DNA from: Candidatus Omnitrophica bacterium UBA6249
GTDB taxonomy: Bacteria > Omnitrophota > Gorgyraeia > Gygaellales > Profunditerraquicolaceae
NCBI GenBank assembly: GCA_002441305.1
Contig: DJVT01000005.1
Span: 11,704-75,703 of the forward strand
Reading direction: 5' to 3'
DNA length: 64,000 nucleotides
Part shown: in pieces, positions 10,014-18,876 of the stretch
Layout of the letters: every line of letters starts with the position of its first letter
Position numbering within the stretch: the stretch's first letter is position 1
Position numbers and translations under genes: made by a program
The notes under the pieces: generated by a model
The model's input: the letters and a program-made list of their open reading frames with translations, nothing else
Told to the model about the DNA's origin: nothing
Database searches by the model: none

Positions 10014-10021
10014 TTTTCCTC

Positions 10022-11176
10022 CTAAGACAATAAATCTGAATAAAAACTGCTTGTTTCTTTCACCATCCGGTTAGGAGAGTACTCGTTGAAATCCAAAGAG
10101 GCGTTAGCCGATGCGGCGATACTTTTTCTCAGGGAACCGCTGGCTAAAAGTTTCTCCAGAGGCTCCATAAAAGCGGTGATATCCCCCGCTTTAACCAAGT
10201 ACCCCGTTTCGCCATTTTTGACGATATCCCTTACCCCTCCCGTATCGGAAACGACTACCGGGACAAAAGAAGCTATCGCTTCAAGTACGGCAATCGGCAG
10301 CCCTTCCCACAATGAGGTTAATACAAAAACATCAAAAGAAGAAATAACCTCCGGTATATCCCTTCTCCACCCGGTAAGGATAACCTGCCGCTCCAAACCA
10401 AGTTTTTTTATCAGAGAACGCAGGCTCTCCCTCATTTCTCCGTCTCCCACCAAAACAAATTTTGCTCCCGGGAAAACCTTTACGGCAACTGCGGCCAATC
10501 TTATAAAATCCAGCGGCGCCTTCTGAGGCTTAAAACAGGCAATCATGCCGATAACCAGAGTTGAAGGCGGGATGCCGTATATTCTTCTCAACGAATACCC
10601 CGCACGCCGAACGGGAAATTCCGAAGAATCCAAAGCATAACGTATTATGCGATATTTCCCGGGAGTGCCGATTCTTTTTTGAAGAGCTGTCTCCCTGTCA
10701 TGCCGGGAAACCACTATTATCCCATCGGACCAAAAAGCACAGATTGTCTCCAGGAACCGGTAAAGAAGATGTGCCGGAAAGAACTGGTGATCGTGAAAAC
10801 TCCAGCCGTGCACAGTATGCAAAATCGCCTTAACCCCGGTAATCCTGGCTGCTGCCCTTCCTAGAATGCCGGCTTTAGAGCTATGCGTATGCACTATATC
10901 TATCTTATTATGCTTTATAAACCGGCATATAAAAACCAGGGCGAGGAGGTCCTCTACCGGCCGAACAGGCCTTTCCAAGGGCTTGCAGCGTATCAGAGTT
11001 AACCCGGGAATCCGTGCTGCCTCGTCAATCAACAACCCTTCTGCAGCGGTGATGAGAAACGGGTTGAATCTGTCTTTATCCAGCCCGCGGATTAATTCCA
11101 ATAGCTGCTTCTGGGCCCCTCCCAGCTCCAATTTCGTAATCACATACAGGATATTAACTTTCCCGCGAGGTGGCAT
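10022..11176 (-). CDS. glycosyltransferase, GT-B fold (family 1/GT4)
   Basis: N-terminus ILYVITKLELGGAQ. The C-terminal EGLPIAVLEAIASFVPVVVSDTGG motif is the E(x7)E signature of retaining GT4 enzymes. Confidence 0.8.
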   Translation of the reverse strand: MPPRGKVNILYVITKLELGGAQKQLLELIRGLDKDRFNPFLITAAEGLLIDEAARIPGLTLIRCKPLERPVRPVEDLLALVFICRFIKHNKIDIVHTHSSKAGILGRAAARITGVKAILHTVHGWSFHDHQFFPAHLLYRFLETICAFWSDGIIVVSRHDRETALQKRIGTPGKYRIIRYALDSSEFPVRRAGYSLRRIYGIPPSTLVIGMIACFKPQKAPLDFIRLAAVAVKVFPGAKFVLVGDGEMRESLRSLIKKLGLERQVILTGWRRDIPEVISSFDVFVLTSLWEGLPIAVLEAIASFVPVVVSDTGGVRDIVKNGETGYLVKAGDITAFMEPLEKLLASGSLRKSIAASANASLDFNEYSPNRMVKETSSFYSDLLS

Positions 11177-11254
11177 TAAAATATTATATTACGTTTGAGA
11201 CTGAACCGCAAGCTCATTAAGGGGTTACGGAAACTCCCGTAAATAGTCTTTATG

Positions 11255-11875
11255 TTAAATTATATTTAACCCGGACAGGTCTTCGAGCAGCTTATCCGCC
11301 CCTTCAAAGACAAAACTCTTTATACCAAGCAAAGAAGAGCTTTTGATGAATTCTTTGCGGTCATCCGTATAAAAAATATTTTCCGGCAGCACATCTAAAG
11401 CCCGGACGGTTTTCAAGTAAACTTCCCTGGAAGGCTTGGTATCGCCGATTTCAAAAGAAAGGAATAACTCATCGAATATGCCAAAAACAGGGAAATTCTC
11501 CTTAATATGATTATAATGCAAAATGTTAGTATTCGACAATACGGCGAGACGGTAATTCTTTTTTAAAAGGCTGGCTATATGAAAAACCGCTCGGTTCTGG
11601 AGGCCAAAGAAAAAAATCTCGTTCCATATGCAGACAAATGATTCGTACCCAATCCTTAACTCCAGGAGGCTGCACAGGTTGCGATGGAAGTCTTCCGGAG
11701 AAATCAGGCCTTTTTCAAAAGATACGGGCAGCCCGGAATCAAGCAAAGTTTTAAGAATCCACTCGGGGCTTTTGCCGTTAAACCCCGAAAACCTTCTCAA
11801 GGCAGGAGAAATATCGAAATTCACCAGCACATTGCCTAAATCAAAAAGTACAACTTTTATCCCCTCCGCGGGCAT
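11255..11875 (-). CDS. HAD-superfamily hydrolase
   Basis: Motif I VVLFDLGNVL, motif II LSNTN, motif III/IV K..FYTDD. Confidence 0.7.
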   Translation of the reverse strand: MPAEGIKVVLFDLGNVLVNFDISPALRRFSGFNGKSPEWILKTLLDSGLPVSFEKGLISPEDFHRNLCSLLELRIGYESFVCIWNEIFFFGLQNRAVFHIASLLKKNYRLAVLSNTNILHYNHIKENFPVFGIFDELFLSFEIGDTKPSREVYLKTVRALDVLPENIFYTDDRKEFIKSSSLLGIKSFVFEGADKLLEDLSGLNII

Positions 11876-11878
11876 CTT

Positions 11879-12865
11879 TCAATTGCCTTTACCGGTGTTT
11901 TTCCTGAACAAATCAAGGAATTTATCTTCGTACTCCTTATAAACATTCCATTTATCCAATTCGACTTTCAATTCCCCTGCCTTGGAAATATCGCGCCGGC
12001 TTTCTTCGAAAAGCCTGTCTATCTTTTCCTTAACCGAAACGGGGAGTTTGGTGAGCTGGCTCAGGGTTTTCTTTATCAATTCTACCTCTTCATCCCCTAT
12101 GGGGGAAGACTGGCCGGAAGAACCCAGCTTGAGATAGTCAAGCAACTTACTGATTTCGCTTTCCATTGCCTTTGCTTCGTCTTTTAACGGCTGCACATTA
12201 ATCTGCATACCGAGAACCTTGCCTATCCCGGTAAGTACCGCCGCCGAGGCCTTAGGATTCTCGATTTGAATTGTATAAAGCGGAATCTCCCCCAAAAGAC
12301 AGAAGCCTTTCAACCCTGTTTTTTTAGCCATTCCCAGGAATAATCCGTTCATTCCGCTAATCTGCCCTTCTTGCAAAGGGAGGAATCCTTGTTTATTCAA
12401 AGAATCCTTGGTCTTATTATCGGTGGCGGCAAACCACACCCGAGACTCCTGCGTATGGTCTGTGGCCTGCGGCATAGAAGCAAAACTTGCTACGGCTTCC
12501 ACGCCCAGGCTCTTTGCTAAATCTATGATCACCTTGGCATAATTATCCGCCCTGGACAAATCCGGCTGGGCGTTACTCAGAAAAATTACCAGATCGTTTT
12601 TCCCCTTTTGTTTTTTTGAAGAGGGATTCTTCCAAAAATAAAATTTCCCTTGCGGCAAAAGGGGAGTTTCGAGAATCCCGGCTTGCACCAGGCTCCCGGT
12701 CAGATAAAAGAAACTCTCCGGCGATATCTCCGCGAACTCCTGCGCCTTAAGCTCTTCTATCAGATAGGAGGCTGCCTTAAAAGCCACTTCCCCCATGCCT
12801 GGCCAGGCGGTAATGAGGTAGGGTTTTTTAAGTCTGGGCTTTTTGGATATTTTTAGCATTTCCAT
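11879..12865 (-). CDS. PAC2 (proteasome assembly chaperone 2-like) family protein
   Basis: N-terminus KKPYLITAWPGMGEVA and GMNGLFLG resemble the PAC2/DUF75 family. The C-terminal ~90 aa are predicted coiled coil. Confidence 0.55.
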   Translation of the reverse strand: MEMLKISKKPRLKKPYLITAWPGMGEVAFKAASYLIEELKAQEFAEISPESFFYLTGSLVQAGILETPLLPQGKFYFWKNPSSKKQKGKNDLVIFLSNAQPDLSRADNYAKVIIDLAKSLGVEAVASFASMPQATDHTQESRVWFAATDNKTKDSLNKQGFLPLQEGQISGMNGLFLGMAKKTGLKGFCLLGEIPLYTIQIENPKASAAVLTGIGKVLGMQINVQPLKDEAKAMESEISKLLDYLKLGSSGQSSPIGDEEVELIKKTLSQLTKLPVSVKEKIDRLFEESRRDISKAGELKVELDKWNVYKEYEDKFLDLFRKNTGKGN

Positions 12866-14010
12866 ATTTTCTCCTTATTTGCCGAATCAAATTCATATTT
12901 TCTCAAAAATGACTCCAAAACCAACGCTCCGTTATACAGGCTGCTTAAATGCGCGTATTCATCGGCGATATGGGCGCATCCTTCCCTTCCGAAACCGGTA
13001 GCAACTGCCGGTATGCCCTTGGATTGAAAAAAAGTTATTACCGTGGCCCCCTCGGATCCGGTTATCCGGGGTTTTACGCCCGCTTCTTTGATCGCCCCAG
13101 CCAATCCCCGGACCAAATGATGAGCAGGATCTATATTGTAAGGCGCCTGCAAACTCTGGATCTCGATCTTAAAATTCTTTGTATATTTATTGAGGCTTTT
13201 CCGCAAAGCCGCCAGGAATTCCTTTTCCGACATCCCGGGCAAGAACCTGTAATCCAGGGAAAATTCGCACCAATCGCTTACTACATTTACTTTATCCCCG
13301 CCGTTTATCGTACCGATATTAACCGTGGGGTTCCGTAAATATTTATTCTTAAGGCGGCAATGAAGGTGTTTTTTCAAATCCAGGATCACCTTAGCGGCGA
13401 TATCTATAGCATTTACCCCGAGCCAGGGATAAGCCCCGTGAGCTTTCCTCCCTCTTATACAGACCTTAAGATGCAGTAACCCTTTTTGCGTAACTACAAT
13501 TTCGAAGTCATCCGCATCCAGCACCAGCGCGGCGGTAGGTTTGATTAACCCTCTCTCCAGGAGAGGAATCAGGCCCAGGGAAGAACCGGCTTCTTCATCT
13601 GCGGTAGCGGCTATAATCAAATCGTAATCGAGGCGAATCCCATCTTCAACTATGGAATTGACTGCCTCCATGCAGCTGGCCAGATTGCCTTTACAATCGG
13701 TTGCGCCCAATCCATAAAGCCGGTCTCCTGCAACCTTGACGGTGAACGGATCGCTTCTCCAGTTCTTCCCCGCGGGGACCGTATCAAGATGCGGGGTAAG
13801 AAGCAGGGAATTCCTGCCCGCCCCTCCCTTCAAGACAGCCAGTACATTGTCTCTTTTTTTCTTAAAATGGAGAGTTTCCGTTTTAAGCCCGAGCTTTTTG
13901 AAATAGGTATTTACAAAATCCGCGACTTTCTCTTCATTCCCGGGAGGGTTTTGGGAATCAAGCGCAATCAGCCTTTTGATTGTATTAAACAAGCGTTTTT
14001 TATCGACCAT
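12853..14010 (-). CDS. M20 family metallopeptidase (ArgE/DapE-like deacylase)
   Basis: HLDTVP, GATDCKG and ATADEEAGS are the metal and catalytic motifs of the ArgE/DapE/CPG2 family. Confidence 0.8.
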   Translation of the reverse strand: MVDKKRLFNTIKRLIALDSQNPPGNEEKVADFVNTYFKKLGLKTETLHFKKKRDNVLAVLKGGAGRNSLLLTPHLDTVPAGKNWRSDPFTVKVAGDRLYGLGATDCKGNLASCMEAVNSIVEDGIRLDYDLIIAATADEEAGSSLGLIPLLERGLIKPTAALVLDADDFEIVVTQKGLLHLKVCIRGRKAHGAYPWLGVNAIDIAAKVILDLKKHLHCRLKNKYLRNPTVNIGTINGGDKVNVVSDWCEFSLDYRFLPGMSEKEFLAALRKSLNKYTKNFKIEIQSLQAPYNIDPAHHLVRGLAGAIKEAGVKPRITGSEGATVITFFQSKGIPAVATGFGREGCAHIADEYAHLSSLYNGALVLESFLRKYEFDSANKEKIWKC

Positions 14011-14638
14011 TTAAAGGGCACAATGCGCATTTAGGATTCTGCTTATGGCAATAGTCCTTCCCCAGCTTGACCAAAAGCGCATGGTATTCATTGAACATTC
14101 TTACACTTTTCTTAAGCCCACGCATAAAAATATCCTGTGCCTGGCCGTAAGTGCAGTCTTTACCGACAATGCCGTGCCTGGAAAAAATCCTCTTGGTATA
14201 GGCATCTATCACGAATACCGGCTTATCCAATGCGTAAAGCAAAATGGAATCCGCCGTTTCTTCCCCGATCCCGTTAACCTGTAAAAGCTCCTTGCGCAGG
14301 ACATGCAAGGAACGGGCGTGCATCCGCTTTATGTCCGATGAATAGCGGTCTCGGAAGAAACGCAAAAAATTCTTAAGCCTGGATGCCTTTATATTGTAAT
14401 ACCCGGCGCTTTTGATTAACGCGCCAAGCCTAACCGGGGATAAAGCCAAAATCTTGCCCGGGTTAAGGCACTTCTTGTTCTTTAGCGCCGCAACCGCTTT
14501 TTCCACATTACCCCAGTTGGTATTCTGGGTAAGTATAGCTCCTACGATCACCTCAAATTTACTCTCCGCCGGCCACCATTTTTGCGGTCCGAAAGCGGAA
14601 TAAAGTCGTGAAAAAATACTCTCCAGGCGGCATTTCAT
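14000..14638 (-). CDS. endonuclease III-related HhH-GPD base-excision repair protein
   Basis: HhH motif VNGIGEETADSILLYAL, catalytic-region VIDAYTKRI, and the C-terminal 4Fe-4S loop CHKQNPKCALCPL. Confidence 0.75.
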   Translation of the reverse strand: MKCRLESIFSRLYSAFGPQKWWPAESKFEVIVGAILTQNTNWGNVEKAVAALKNKKCLNPGKILALSPVRLGALIKSAGYYNIKASRLKNFLRFFRDRYSSDIKRMHARSLHVLRKELLQVNGIGEETADSILLYALDKPVFVIDAYTKRIFSRHGIVGKDCTYGQAQDIFMRGLKKSVRMFNEYHALLVKLGKDYCHKQNPKCALCPLNGR

Positions 14639-16590
14639 TCTTTAAGCCTAAGAGGATTTATTCCGTAATAGGCAAAAATCGTATAGGCGGTACCGGATAC
14701 GGAACCGGTATGCTTCCCCTTAGGCGTCATCCAGCCATGCCCGGTATCTACATAAGCCTGGCTTGCGTAAGGCAAACATCCCTCCCCCTGCCCGGAAGGA
14801 GAGGGGCTGGAGATGATCATTTTACTGAGCTGCCCCAGGTAGTTATCCGCTTTTTCCCGGTACGCAGCCGCCTTCTCGGCCTGACCTTTCTTGAGATAAT
14901 ACTCCTCCATAATCTTAAAGGAAACGATCATCTGGGCTGTCCATTCGCTGGAAACCACTCCCCCGCGGGAAACGTGAAGCTGGGGCGCAAAATCAAAACC
15001 CTGGACTTTCACCACTTGCCCACCGGGGCGGGTAAAGCTGACTTCAACCTTGCAGTTCTCTTCGGCGAACTCCATGATCTTGTCGGGATCCATGCCTATG
15101 GATTGTAATTTTTCCGGTCCGATGGCCGCGATAGACCAAGCGTACGTATCTGTAGCAATAGTGGAATCCCCCTTGCCGCGTTTAACCGGCAAGTCCTGCC
15201 TGTCATAGGTATGCCGCAGAAGCCATCCTAATGTCTTTTCCGCTGCCTGCTCGTATGCATCCGACTTGGTTACTCTGGCGAGCATCTTATATAAAGCATA
15301 TGCATCCAAATGGTGCTCCGTGGAATACCAGGTCATCTGCGGTCCCCCCCGGATACCGTTATCAAGGTCGGAATTCTGAAGAGCGATAATATTCCTGGCG
15401 ATCTCTTCGGCTATATGCAAATACTGCCTGTCCCCGGTTATCTGGGTATACTGGACTACGGAAAGACCTAACCAGATATTCGGTCCGCAGTGCAGGACGA
15501 ACTCCGCGGGGGCGCCGTCATTTACATAATATGCGTTCAGGAACCAGCCGTTCTCGCGCTTGGCTTCTTTGGCAAAAAAATCCAGCATCTTTCTGGCGCT
15601 GGGATAATCCGAAAAATCACTGAATACCTGTATTAACAATGCCTCGTCATAAAGAAAGGCCCAGCTGGCGATATCCTTATCTCCCTCGAAGCTCATTACT
15701 AATCCGGTATGCGGATTTTGACGCACCTTAAACCACTGGTACATCTTCTCCAGATTAGCTTTTTCCAAAATTGCTTTTTTAGCCTCCAGGCGGACGGCTT
15801 CCTGCTGCGCGGCTTTTTCACTGGCCCTTAAAGCGTCCAGCCGCGCCTGCAGAAGGTCCCTTTCCTGGGCGAGCTTTACGATAATAGCATTTAATTCCTC
15901 TGTTTTGTCCGGCGGCAAAACCTGATGCCCCGCTTCCCCTGCCGCTTCAATTTTTTTTACAGAAACAGCCTCTATCTGCGCAGTCAAAGATTGAATCCGG
16001 GTCTGCAGCTCCTTGCGCTCCCCGGCTATTTGGCTTAACTGTTGTTTTACCGATTTAGATTCCTGCAGCACCCTGACCAGCTCTTCGACAAGCATGTTGT
16101 TCCGGCGGGTCAACTGTATATTCAGATAGGAACCTATGCCCAAAGACAAAACCAGAATCCCTACCGATACCAGGACAAAGGGAAGAAAAAGTTTCCTTGC
16201 CCAGGCGTAGCGGATAAGCATGCGGTTTTGGCCGGGATTGATCTTCTCGTAATCCAACCCCAGTAAATAACGCTTGCTTGACCCGCCTGCGTCTTTTGTC
16301 CAGGCCAGAGAAACAGAAGCGCAGACAGTTTTTCCTCTTAAGGGAATATCTATTTCTATGGCAAGTTTTACCCTGCCCTCCCGCACGAGCTTAATCAATT
16401 CCGGGGAAGGATCGTTAACGGCAAGGCATATCCCGCCATGCCCGATATTGTTGGTAAAACCCTGGATCCACGGAGAAAGAGGCTGCTTGCTGTCCAGGCT
16501 TTCCAAACGGAACTGCACCGGGAAAACAGTATCCAAACGTATATATCTTCTGCGTTCTCTTTTTGCGTTCCTGTCTCGTTTTTCTGTCAT
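14635..16590 (-). CDS. PilZ domain - TM - coiled coil - C-terminal (alpha/alpha)-barrel-like domain protein
   Basis: PilZ motifs RRYIR (RxxxR) and NNIGHGG (D/NxSxxG-like). TM LFLPFVLVSVGILVLSLGIGSYL. About 150 aa are heptad-rich. The C-terminal ~350 aa are rich in W/Y/D/H helix-hairpin-like repeats. The fold assignment is tentative. Confidence 0.6.
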   Translation of the reverse strand: MTEKRDRNAKRERRRYIRLDTVFPVQFRLESLDSKQPLSPWIQGFTNNIGHGGICLAVNDPSPELIKLVREGRVKLAIEIDIPLRGKTVCASVSLAWTKDAGGSSKRYLLGLDYEKINPGQNRMLIRYAWARKLFLPFVLVSVGILVLSLGIGSYLNIQLTRRNNMLVEELVRVLQESKSVKQQLSQIAGERKELQTRIQSLTAQIEAVSVKKIEAAGEAGHQVLPPDKTEELNAIIVKLAQERDLLQARLDALRASEKAAQQEAVRLEAKKAILEKANLEKMYQWFKVRQNPHTGLVMSFEGDKDIASWAFLYDEALLIQVFSDFSDYPSARKMLDFFAKEAKRENGWFLNAYYVNDGAPAEFVLHCGPNIWLGLSVVQYTQITGDRQYLHIAEEIARNIIALQNSDLDNGIRGGPQMTWYSTEHHLDAYALYKMLARVTKSDAYEQAAEKTLGWLLRHTYDRQDLPVKRGKGDSTIATDTYAWSIAAIGPEKLQSIGMDPDKIMEFAEENCKVEVSFTRPGGQVVKVQGFDFAPQLHVSRGGVVSSEWTAQMIVSFKIMEEYYLKKGQAEKAAAYREKADNYLGQLSKMIISSPSPSGQGEGCLPYASQAYVDTGHGWMTPKGKHTGSVSGTAYTIFAYYGINPLRLKE

Positions 16591-16628
16591 ATGCCCTATC
16601 TTGCTGTCAACATGTTGTTATCGTATTT

Positions 16629-16657
16629 ATTGTATCCGTATTTTGGCGTGTTTTCAA
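16629..16657 (-). promoter_or_regulatory. candidate sigma70-type promoter for the PilZ gene
   Basis: Minus strand reads TTGAAA-17 nt-TACAAT, about 40 nt upstream of the ATG at 16590. Confidence 0.35.
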
Positions 16658-16669
16658 TCCCCAATATCT

Positions 16670-17491
16670 TCATATTATTTCCAGCTCCATTATGTTATCG
16701 ATCTTGAACCTGCATTCTTCCTGTTTCATGCAGCAAAACCCTACAAGATAGCTCCCCGAATCGCCTTCCCTGATCTCTTTCGGAACCACCTCCCTCAAGG
16801 TCACTTTAGAATCTTTCACGGAAACGTATTTAATCTTAACGAGAGAACCGGAGCGTATGGCCATTTCGATACGGGTAATCTTGGGTTCGATACGCTGCGG
16901 CTTCCGGCCGTGCCCGGGAGAAAAAGTCCGGGAAAAATCCGCAAAATCTTTTATCCCTCTGGCAGCACAAATATCTTTTAATCTGGCAAATACCCTCCAG
17001 GCCATCTCCACATCGGAAAATGCCCTGTGCTTCTGGACAGATTCCACTCCCAGCCTGGAAGCGATAAACCAAAGGCTGTAACGCGGTTGACCAGGCAAAA
17101 GAAACCTTGCCATTCCCAGGATATCAAAACATCCGCTGCTCTCCAGTTCCGGGCGTCCGATAATCCTAAGCTCGCTGTTCAAAAATCCCAAATCAAACTC
17201 TATATTGTAAGAACAAAGGAAGCTTCCCCGGGAAAATTCGATAAAATCAGGTATTGCCGTCTGCGCCCCCGGCGCATCCTTCAGCATTTCACCGGTTATT
17301 TTATTCACAGCGAAAGCCCCCGGGGAGATCTCCCTCCCCGGGTTCAATAACGTCTCAAACTTTCCTATCTCTTTGTTTCCCTTAACTCTCAACCCGGCCA
17401 ATTCGACAACCCGGTCACCGCAGCCGGGATTCAACCCGGTGGTCTCCGTATCAAATATGGTAAATTCCGCTTCATCGATATGTTCAGGCAT
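16670..17491 (-). CDS. DEDDh 3'-5' exonuclease (DnaQ/epsilon-like) fused to C-terminal WYL-like domain
   Basis: Exo I FDTETTGL, Exo II YNIEFDLGFL, Exo III HRAFSDVEM. The C-terminal ~80 aa, LVKIKYVS..VTLREVVPKEI..SYLVGFCCMKQEECRFKIDNI, match the WYL pattern. Confidence 0.75.
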   Translation of the reverse strand: MPEHIDEAEFTIFDTETTGLNPGCGDRVVELAGLRVKGNKEIGKFETLLNPGREISPGAFAVNKITGEMLKDAPGAQTAIPDFIEFSRGSFLCSYNIEFDLGFLNSELRIIGRPELESSGCFDILGMARFLLPGQPRYSLWFIASRLGVESVQKHRAFSDVEMAWRVFARLKDICAARGIKDFADFSRTFSPGHGRKPQRIEPKITRIEMAIRSGSLVKIKYVSVKDSKVTLREVVPKEIREGDSGSYLVGFCCMKQEECRFKIDNIMELEII

Positions 17492-18380
17492 TTCTGGTCG
17501 CGATATAGGCTTCGATCAGGCGCTCCGGCTTGTAGGAAAGTTTTGTTTTACGCAGATTCTCCAGCCCGGAATCATCCATGATGTTTATATATTTATAGCC
17601 TTTCAGGCTTATGCTGAATTCACTGAATATGAATTGCGCCAACCCCTTCACCGAAAGATCGGTTATTTCATAAAGCACGCAAAAGGTATCCCGGTTTAAC
17701 CGGTACCCGAAAGTAAAACCTCTTATCTTTCCTTCTATTGTAACGGCTATCCCCTCCAATCCCAGGCTCTTATAACAGGAAAAGGCCTCTTCAAGCACCT
17801 TTCTGCTGTCTTCGAGCATGCCGCAATACAGCGCCTCCCGGTATTTTTCCCGGCGCGCGCCGGACCACCGGTCAAACAGACCCAGGCACTCCTGTTTGTC
17901 TTGTTCCGCCAATTTTCTGACTCTGGAATCTTGATTCTTAAGGAAATGGTTGCGCAAAGCCCGCTGGGGCTTGAATTTATTTCCTTTAAGTGATGCCAGG
18001 CTGTCTCTTAGGCAAACATAGTCCGGGTATTTCCGGCAGCAACAACACCCCAGGTTCAAATATATTCCCCGTTCCTCTTCTCCGATATTCTCGATCCGGG
18101 AAATATCCCTGTTTTTATTAACTTCGTCCATAACTGAAAATACGGATTTTAAAATCGCGCTTCCGGGCCGCCTCCCCAGGGGCGGCAGATACATAAACCT
18201 GCTTAGGCGGTCAGTAAAGAAAACACATAAATTCCCGTCCGAGGCCGCCCAGCGGATATCGAAAAGCGGCCGCCAGATATAAATTCCCGGAAAAGAAAAT
18301 ACCGATAAGTTATGGCGCGAAGATCCTAAATATTTATCGAATAAGGCGCGGTCGTCCAAGGTCAATTTATTCAATCTCAT
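17484..18380 (-). CDS. DUF2156 domain protein (homolog of the aminoacyl-tRNA-dependent MprF C-terminal transferase domain)
   Basis: 298 aa. The N-terminus LTLDDRALFDKYL..NLSVFSFPGIYIWRPLF and the tandem GNAT-like layout are typical of standalone DUF2156 proteins. Confidence 0.65.
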   Translation of the reverse strand: MRLNKLTLDDRALFDKYLGSSRHNLSVFSFPGIYIWRPLFDIRWAASDGNLCVFFTDRLSRFMYLPPLGRRPGSAILKSVFSVMDEVNKNRDISRIENIGEEERGIYLNLGCCCCRKYPDYVCLRDSLASLKGNKFKPQRALRNHFLKNQDSRVRKLAEQDKQECLGLFDRWSGARREKYREALYCGMLEDSRKVLEEAFSCYKSLGLEGIAVTIEGKIRGFTFGYRLNRDTFCVLYEITDLSVKGLAQFIFSEFSISLKGYKYINIMDDSGLENLRKTKLSYKPERLIEAYIATRNA

Positions 18381-18876
18381 TCGGCAATTTTATTTCGGCA
18401 ACCTCCCTGACCTCTTCATAAGCCTGGATAATCTGAGGGTTATCCTTGATCTTGCCGAGGCAATCTGGAGAATTGAGGTAACCGGAAAGATAGGCAATAT
18501 ACTCTTTGGCTTCAGGGGAATTTATCCTTTCATAAACGTATGGGCAATTTAAATCTACGGTCAGAAGAACTTTCCCTTTCCGCAAATTGATCAAAAAAGG
18601 GTAAAGCTGGCATTCAAACGGCCTGGCGGAATAGATGGCGCATTTATTGTCTCCTACGCCCAGGAAAGGACAAATAAACCCTGATTCGCATGGCGCGCTA
18701 ACCGGTTGGATACGCCGGTTTATGGAGATCGAGGCGGGCGGTATATCCTTTCTGTCTAATAAAACCTGTATTTCTTCATCCAAAAGACACGGGCTCCACA
18801 CGGAATCCTGCTCCTTGAATCTGCAGCACCCCTTGCACTTCATGCAAAATTCCTGCGGCACGAACTGTCTGATCAC
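18367..18876 (-). CDS. YkgJ/UPF0153-type cysteine-cluster (Zn/Fe-chelating) protein
   Basis: CMKCKGCCRF (CxxCxxCC), followed by the conserved CPFL..NKCAIYSARPFECQLYP. Confidence 0.65.
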   Translation of the reverse strand: MIRQFVPQEFCMKCKGCCRFKEQDSVWSPCLLDEEIQVLLDRKDIPPASISINRRIQPVSAPCESGFICPFLGVGDNKCAIYSARPFECQLYPFLINLRKGKVLLTVDLNCPYVYERINSPEAKEYIAYLSGYLNSPDCLGKIKDNPQIIQAYEEVREVAEIKLPNEIE

